A stretch of 16,204 nucleotides of DNA from Breznakia sp. PF5-3 (GTDB lineage: Bacteria; Bacillota_I; Bacilli_A; Erysipelotrichales; Erysipelotrichaceae). The notes beneath the pieces were generated by a model. It was not told the DNA's origin and ran no database searches. It saw only the letters and a list, made by a program, of their open reading frames with translations. Below, piece by piece: positions 12,435-16,204 of the stretch (position 1 is its first letter; each line of letters starts with the position of its first letter). The stretch is taken from assembly GCF_029504745.1 (NCBI RefSeq), contig NZ_JAQFIQ010000051.1, positions 1 through 16,204 on the forward strand, written 5' to 3'. A program made the position numbers and the translations under genes.

Positions 12435-14324
12435 ATGAACATTGAAAAGTTATTAGAAATTAAAAAAGAATTTGAACCAATTGTACAGGTTCGTTCAGCA
12501 ATTCATAAAAATGCGAAATTAGTAGAAGGTTCTAAATACCGCAAACAAATCGTTGTTTGTGCAGGGACTGGATGTACTTCATCAGGTTCTAAAAAAGTTT
12601 TAGAAGCAATTGATGAAGGATTAAAAAGAGAAAAATTAGAAGATGATATTTTGGTTGTAAAAACTGGTTGTTTTGGATTATGTGCGCTAGGACCAGTTGT
12701 AATTGTGTATCCTGAGGGAGTGTTCTATTCACAAGTAACACCTGAACACATGGATCGCATTATCAAAGAACATCTTGCTGGTGGTGAAGTAGTAAAAGAA
12801 TTACTTTATGAAGACACAGTAGATGAAAATGGAAACATTAAATCGTTACAAGAGACAGATTTCTATAAGAAACAGCACCGCGTTTCACTTAGAAACTGTG
12901 GAGTTATAGATCCAGAGATCATTGAAGAATACATTGGTACAAATGGTTATCAAGCTTTGTATAAAGTGTTAACGGAAATGAATCCAGATCAAGTAATTGA
13001 GCTTATGAAAGCTTCAGGATTACGTGGTAGAGGTGGTGGAGGATTCACCACTGGACAAAAATGGTTATTTGCAAAAAGTAGTGAAAGTGACCAAAAATAT
13101 GTATGTTGTAATGCAGACGAAGGGGATCCAGGAGCATTTATGGACCGTTCTATTTTAGAAGGGGACCCACACTGTATTATTGAAGCTATGGCAATTGCAG
13201 GATATACAATTGGTGCAAATCAAGGGTATGTATATGTACGTGCAGAATATCCAATTGCAGTAACACGTTTACAAATTGCTATCGATCAAGCAAGAGAAGC
13301 TGGATTGCTAGGTAAGGATATTTTCGGAACTGGTTTTGATTTTGATATTGAAATCCGTTTAGGAGCAGGAGCATTTGTTTGTGGTGAGGAAACAGCCTTG
13401 ATTACAAGTATTGAAGGTAATCGTGGAGAACCAAGACCTCGTCCACCATTCCCAGCAGTTCGCGGATTATTTGGAAAACCAACGGTTTTAAATAATGTTG
13501 AAACATATTCTAATGTTCCACAAATTGTACTTAATGGAGCTGATTGGTTCGCAAGTATGGGAACTGAAACATCAAAGGGAACAAAAGTATTTGCCCTTGG
13601 TGGAAAAATCAAAAATGTTGGGTTGGTTGAAGTTCCAATGGGAATTACACTGCGCGAAATCGTTGAAGAAATCGGTGGTGGTGTTCCAAATGGTAAAAAA
13701 TTCAAAGCAGCTCAAACAGGAGGTCCATCAGGAGGATGTATCCCTGCTAAAAATATGGATGTTCCAATTGATTATGATAACTTGATTAAATTGGGAAGTA
13801 TGATGGGTTCTGGAGGACTGATTGTACTTGATGAAGATACTTGTATGGTGGATATTGCAAAATTCTATCTAGAATTTACAGTAGAAGAAAGTTGTGGTAA
13901 GTGTACGCCATGTCGTATTGGAACAAAACGTCTATATGAATTATTAGAAAAAATTACTTCTGGTAATGGAGAAATGGAAGACTTAGACAAAATTGAAGCT
14001 TTATCTGCACATATGCAAAAATCTTCACTTTGTGCTTTAGGTCAAACAGCAGCAAATCCTGTTATTTCTACTTTACATCACTTTAGAGATGAGTATGAAG
14101 CTCATATCAAGGATAAAAAATGTCCAGCAGGTGTATGTAAGGATTTATTGGAATATACGATTGATGCTGAAAAATGTATTGGATGTACTGCATGTAAGAG
14201 AAAATGTCCAGTTGATGCAATTAGCGGTGAAGTGAAACAACCTCATGTAATCGATCAAGAAAAATGTATCAAATGTGGTGTTTGTATGGACACATGTAAG
14301 TTTAATGCCATTTCGAGAGGTTAA
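12435..14324 (+). CDS. hydB: [FeFe]-hydrogenase NuoF-like flavoprotein subunit (FMN and NAD(P)H binding, Fe-S clusters; HydB/HndC type)
   Basis: N-terminal extra 2Fe-2S domain (CAGTGCTSSG...CFGLCALGPV); GLRGRGGGGFTTGQKW (FMN); CNADEGDPGAFMDR; FVCGEETAL; ESCGKCTPCR (N3-type 4Fe-4S); C-terminal 2x[4Fe-4S] (CIGCTACKRKCP, CIKCGVCMDTC). ATG 12435 has AGGTGG 5 nt upstream; the alternative is GTG 12426. Confidence 0.9.
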   Translation: MNIEKLLEIKKEFEPIVQVRSAIHKNAKLVEGSKYRKQIVVCAGTGCTSSGSKKVLEAIDEGLKREKLEDDILVVKTGCFGLCALGPVVIVYPEGVFYSQVTPEHMDRIIKEHLAGGEVVKELLYEDTVDENGNIKSLQETDFYKKQHRVSLRNCGVIDPEIIEEYIGTNGYQALYKVLTEMNPDQVIELMKASGLRGRGGGGFTTGQKWLFAKSSESDQKYVCCNADEGDPGAFMDRSILEGDPHCIIEAMAIAGYTIGANQGYVYVRAEYPIAVTRLQIAIDQAREAGLLGKDIFGTGFDFDIEIRLGAGAFVCGEETALITSIEGNRGEPRPRPPFPAVRGLFGKPTVLNNVETYSNVPQIVLNGADWFASMGTETSKGTKVFALGGKIKNVGLVEVPMGITLREIVEEIGGGVPNGKKFKAAQTGGPSGGCIPAKNMDVPIDYDNLIKLGSMMGSGGLIVLDEDTCMVDIAKFYLEFTVEESCGKCTPCRIGTKRLYELLEKITSGNGEMEDLDKIEALSAHMQKSSLCALGQTAANPVISTLHHFRDEYEAHIKDKKCPAGVCKDLLEYTIDAEKCIGCTACKRKCPVDAISGEVKQPHVIDQEKCIKCGVCMDTCKFNAISRG

Positions 14325-14340
14325 GGAGGAGTAATTTAAG

Positions 14341-16077
14341 ATGAGTGAAATAAATCTAAAGGTAAATGGAATAGATGTATCTGTTCCAAAAGGATCAACA
14401 GTTATGCAGGCTGCAAAGCTTGCAGGTGTAGAAATTCCTTCATTGTGTTACTTAAAAGAAGTTAGCGCAATTGCCTCTTGTCGTATCTGTGTTGTTGAAA
14501 TCAAAGGCAGAAGAGGTTTGAGTGCATCATGTGTTGCACCAGCAGAAGAAGGAATGGAAGTATATACAAATTCAAAAGCAGTAAGAGATTCTCGTAAGAT
14601 GTCATTGGAATTATTATTATCAGATCATAATAAAAAATGTTTATCTTGTGTAAGAAGTACAAACTGTGAATTACAAGAATTATCACGTGAATATGCAGTT
14701 GATGAAGATAAGTTCCCTGCACAGGAACCAAAATATGAAATTGATAACTCTTCTGCATATGTAGTGAGAGATAACAATAAGTGTATCTTATGTCGCCGTT
14801 GTGTGGCGGCTTGTACAACAATGCAAGCAGTTGATGCAATTGGAGCAATCCAACGTGGTCATGATACACATATTGGATGTGCATTTGAAAGAGATTTAGA
14901 AAATTCTCCATGTGTGGGTTGTGGTCAATGTATCGTAGCTTGTCCAGTTGGAGCATTGAGTGAAAAGAACAATGAAAAAGATGTTTGGGATGCAATTGCA
15001 AATCCAGATAAAAAAGTAGTGATGTTTACTGCACCTTCTGTTCGTGCACAAATTGGTGAAGATTTCGGTTACGAAATTGGAACAAACGCAGAAGGACAAA
15101 TGATTGCAGCATCTAGAATATTAGGATTTGACGAAGTGTTTAATATGGATGTAACAGCCGATTTAACAATCGTTGAAGAAGCAAATGAACTTGTAGATAG
15201 AGTAACAAATGGTGGTGTTCTACCAATGTTTACATCTTGTTGTCCAGGATGGGTAAAATTTGCTGAACATAACTATCCAGAAATGTTACCAAATTTATCT
15301 ACATGTAAATCACCACAACAAATGTTTGGTGCAGTATTAAAATCTTACTATTGTGAGAAATATGATATTAAGCCAGAAGATTTATTTGTTGTAAGTGTAA
15401 TTCCATGTACAGCAAAGAAATTCGAAGTAGGACGTCCAGAAGAAAAATGGTCAGATTTACAAGATGTTGATGTTGCTCTTACAACACGTGAGTTAGCTCA
15501 TATGATGAAAGAAGCAGGAATCAAGTTTAATGAATTAGAAGCAGAAGACTTCGATGATCCATTTGAGTGTGCTTCAGGAGCTGGAACAATCTTTGGTGCC
15601 AGTGGTGGAGTTATGGAAGCAGCAATTCGTACAGCAGGACGTTTAATCGATCCAACTTTCGATAAGATTGAAATCAATGAAGTTCGTGGTACGAAAGGAA
15701 TCAAGGAAGCTCATTATAAAATGGGTGATGCAGAAATTAAGGTTGCTGTTGTATCTGGTCTTGCAAATGCAAGAAAACTTATGAAAGAAATCCAAAATGG
15801 AGAAAAAGAATTCCACATGATTGAAGTTATGGCATGTCCAGGCGGATGTATCAATGGTGGAGGTCAAATTATCCCTCGTGATGTTGTTAGAAATAATGTG
15901 GATGTAAAAGCATTGCGTGCATCTGTTTTATACAAAATTGATGATGGTGATAAATACCGTATTTCGCATGAAACACCAGTTATGGAAAAACTATATGACA
16001 CATTCCTAGGGAAACCTGGAAAAGGAAAAGCTCATGAGTTACTTCATACGAGTTATGTAAAAAGAGAAAAACTTTAA
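14341..16077 (+). CDS. hydA: [FeFe]-hydrogenase catalytic subunit, M3-type (CpI-like domain organisation)
   Basis: N-terminal plant-type 2Fe-2S, a His-ligated cluster (HNKKCLSCVRSTNC), 2x[4Fe-4S] (CILCRRCVAAC, CVGCGQCIVACP), and the H-cluster motifs TSCCPGW (15232-15252), IPCTAKKFE (15400-15426) and EVMACPGGCINGGGQ. SD AAGGAGGA lies 9 nt before the ATG. Confidence 0.92.
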   Translation: MSEINLKVNGIDVSVPKGSTVMQAAKLAGVEIPSLCYLKEVSAIASCRICVVEIKGRRGLSASCVAPAEEGMEVYTNSKAVRDSRKMSLELLLSDHNKKCLSCVRSTNCELQELSREYAVDEDKFPAQEPKYEIDNSSAYVVRDNNKCILCRRCVAACTTMQAVDAIGAIQRGHDTHIGCAFERDLENSPCVGCGQCIVACPVGALSEKNNEKDVWDAIANPDKKVVMFTAPSVRAQIGEDFGYEIGTNAEGQMIAASRILGFDEVFNMDVTADLTIVEEANELVDRVTNGGVLPMFTSCCPGWVKFAEHNYPEMLPNLSTCKSPQQMFGAVLKSYYCEKYDIKPEDLFVVSVIPCTAKKFEVGRPEEKWSDLQDVDVALTTRELAHMMKEAGIKFNELEAEDFDDPFECASGAGTIFGASGGVMEAAIRTAGRLIDPTFDKIEINEVRGTKGIKEAHYKMGDAEIKVAVVSGLANARKLMKEIQNGEKEFHMIEVMACPGGCINGGGQIIPRDVVRNNVDVKALRASVLYKIDDGDKYRISHETPVMEKLYDTFLGKPGKGKAHELLHTSYVKREKL

Positions 16078-16085
16078 AATAGATT

Positions 16086-16116
16086 AGAGTACAACAAAAG
16101 TTGTACTCTTTTTTTT
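16086..16116 (+). terminator. Rho-independent terminator of the hydCBA operon
   Basis: AGAGTACAAC (16086-16095) pairs perfectly with GTTGTACTCT (16100-16109) around an AAAA loop, followed by a T-run to 16116. Confidence 0.85.
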
Positions 16117-16117
16117 G

Positions 16118-16204
16118 GTGTGCTAGGCATGGCATATATCTAGTGGTGAAAGTCCACTGTGGGGGGTGTAGTCGCTAACCCGTAGCCGAAGACAAGGGTG
16201 TCCA
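16118..16204 (+). mobile_element. Probable 5' end (domain I) of a bacterial group II intron, truncated by the window edge
   Basis: It starts GTGTG (a variant of the GUGYG 5' splice-site consensus). It continues with a GGTGAAAGTCC hairpin (AGTGG/CCACT) and ...GTAGCCGAAGACAAGGGTGTCC, which from memory resemble conserved domain-I stretches found upstream of Firmicute group II intron RT/maturase genes. It lies directly after a terminator T-run. Confidence 0.55.

Noticed and set aside
112-15867. All minus-strand ORFs in the track that lie within genes: 112-297, 689-1069, 2083-2379, 2839-3048, 2870-3181, 4360-4575, 5252-5758, 5771-6019, 6035-6289, 7069-7503, 8948-9145, 9674-10099, 11128-11322, 11875-12090, 12203-12442, 13286-13705, 14501-15001, 14896-15099, 15498-15704, 15643-15867
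   Set aside because: Each lies entirely antisense to a + strand gene that has strong motif support. Their translations are low-complexity (runs of L, H, S, I, F, P), which is typical of antisense frames of AT-rich genes. None has an SD or a recognisable motif.
16140-16204. GGTGAAAGTCC-containing stretch, considered as a cobalamin riboswitch fragment or an RNase P RNA fragment (GAAAGUCC-like)
   Set aside because: The cobalamin core (a GCCACTG-type B12 box) and the RNase P flanking context (conserved P4 and neighbouring helices) are not evident. The stretch begins with a GUGYG-type splice-site motif right after a terminator and carries AGCCGAAG..CAAGGGTGTCC, which fits group II intron domain I better. 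A covariance-model scan is still needed.

Overview
Low-GC, Firmicutes-style chromosomal window. Every credible gene is on the + strand, and all minus-strand ORFs in the track look like antisense shadows. In order: (1) the 3' end of a secreted or surface protein built from FIVAR-like helical repeats, including a near-identical 201-bp tandem repeat; (2) a roughly 2300-aa multimodular GH31-type glycosidase with signal peptide, FN3, two CBM32/discoidin modules, an embedded dockerin followed by a cohesin-like module, Big_2, a long FIVAR stalk and a non-LPXTG C-terminal anchor; (3) the conserved uncharacterised pair of UPF0237 ACT-domain protein and UPF0210 (DUF711) protein; (4) a translationally coupled trio of small polytopic membrane proteins with no family I can recognise, in visibly more AT-rich DNA, which is the best candidate here for an undescribed module; (5) a complete hydC-hydB-hydA operon of the trimeric, NuoE/NuoF-coupled (electron-bifurcating type) [FeFe]-hydrogenase; (6) what looks like the 5' end of a group II intron starting directly after the hydA intrinsic terminator and running off the window. 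Five intrinsic terminators, one good sigma-A promoter and several cre-like (CcpA-type) operators are visible. All family calls come from motif recognition by eye; no searches were run.
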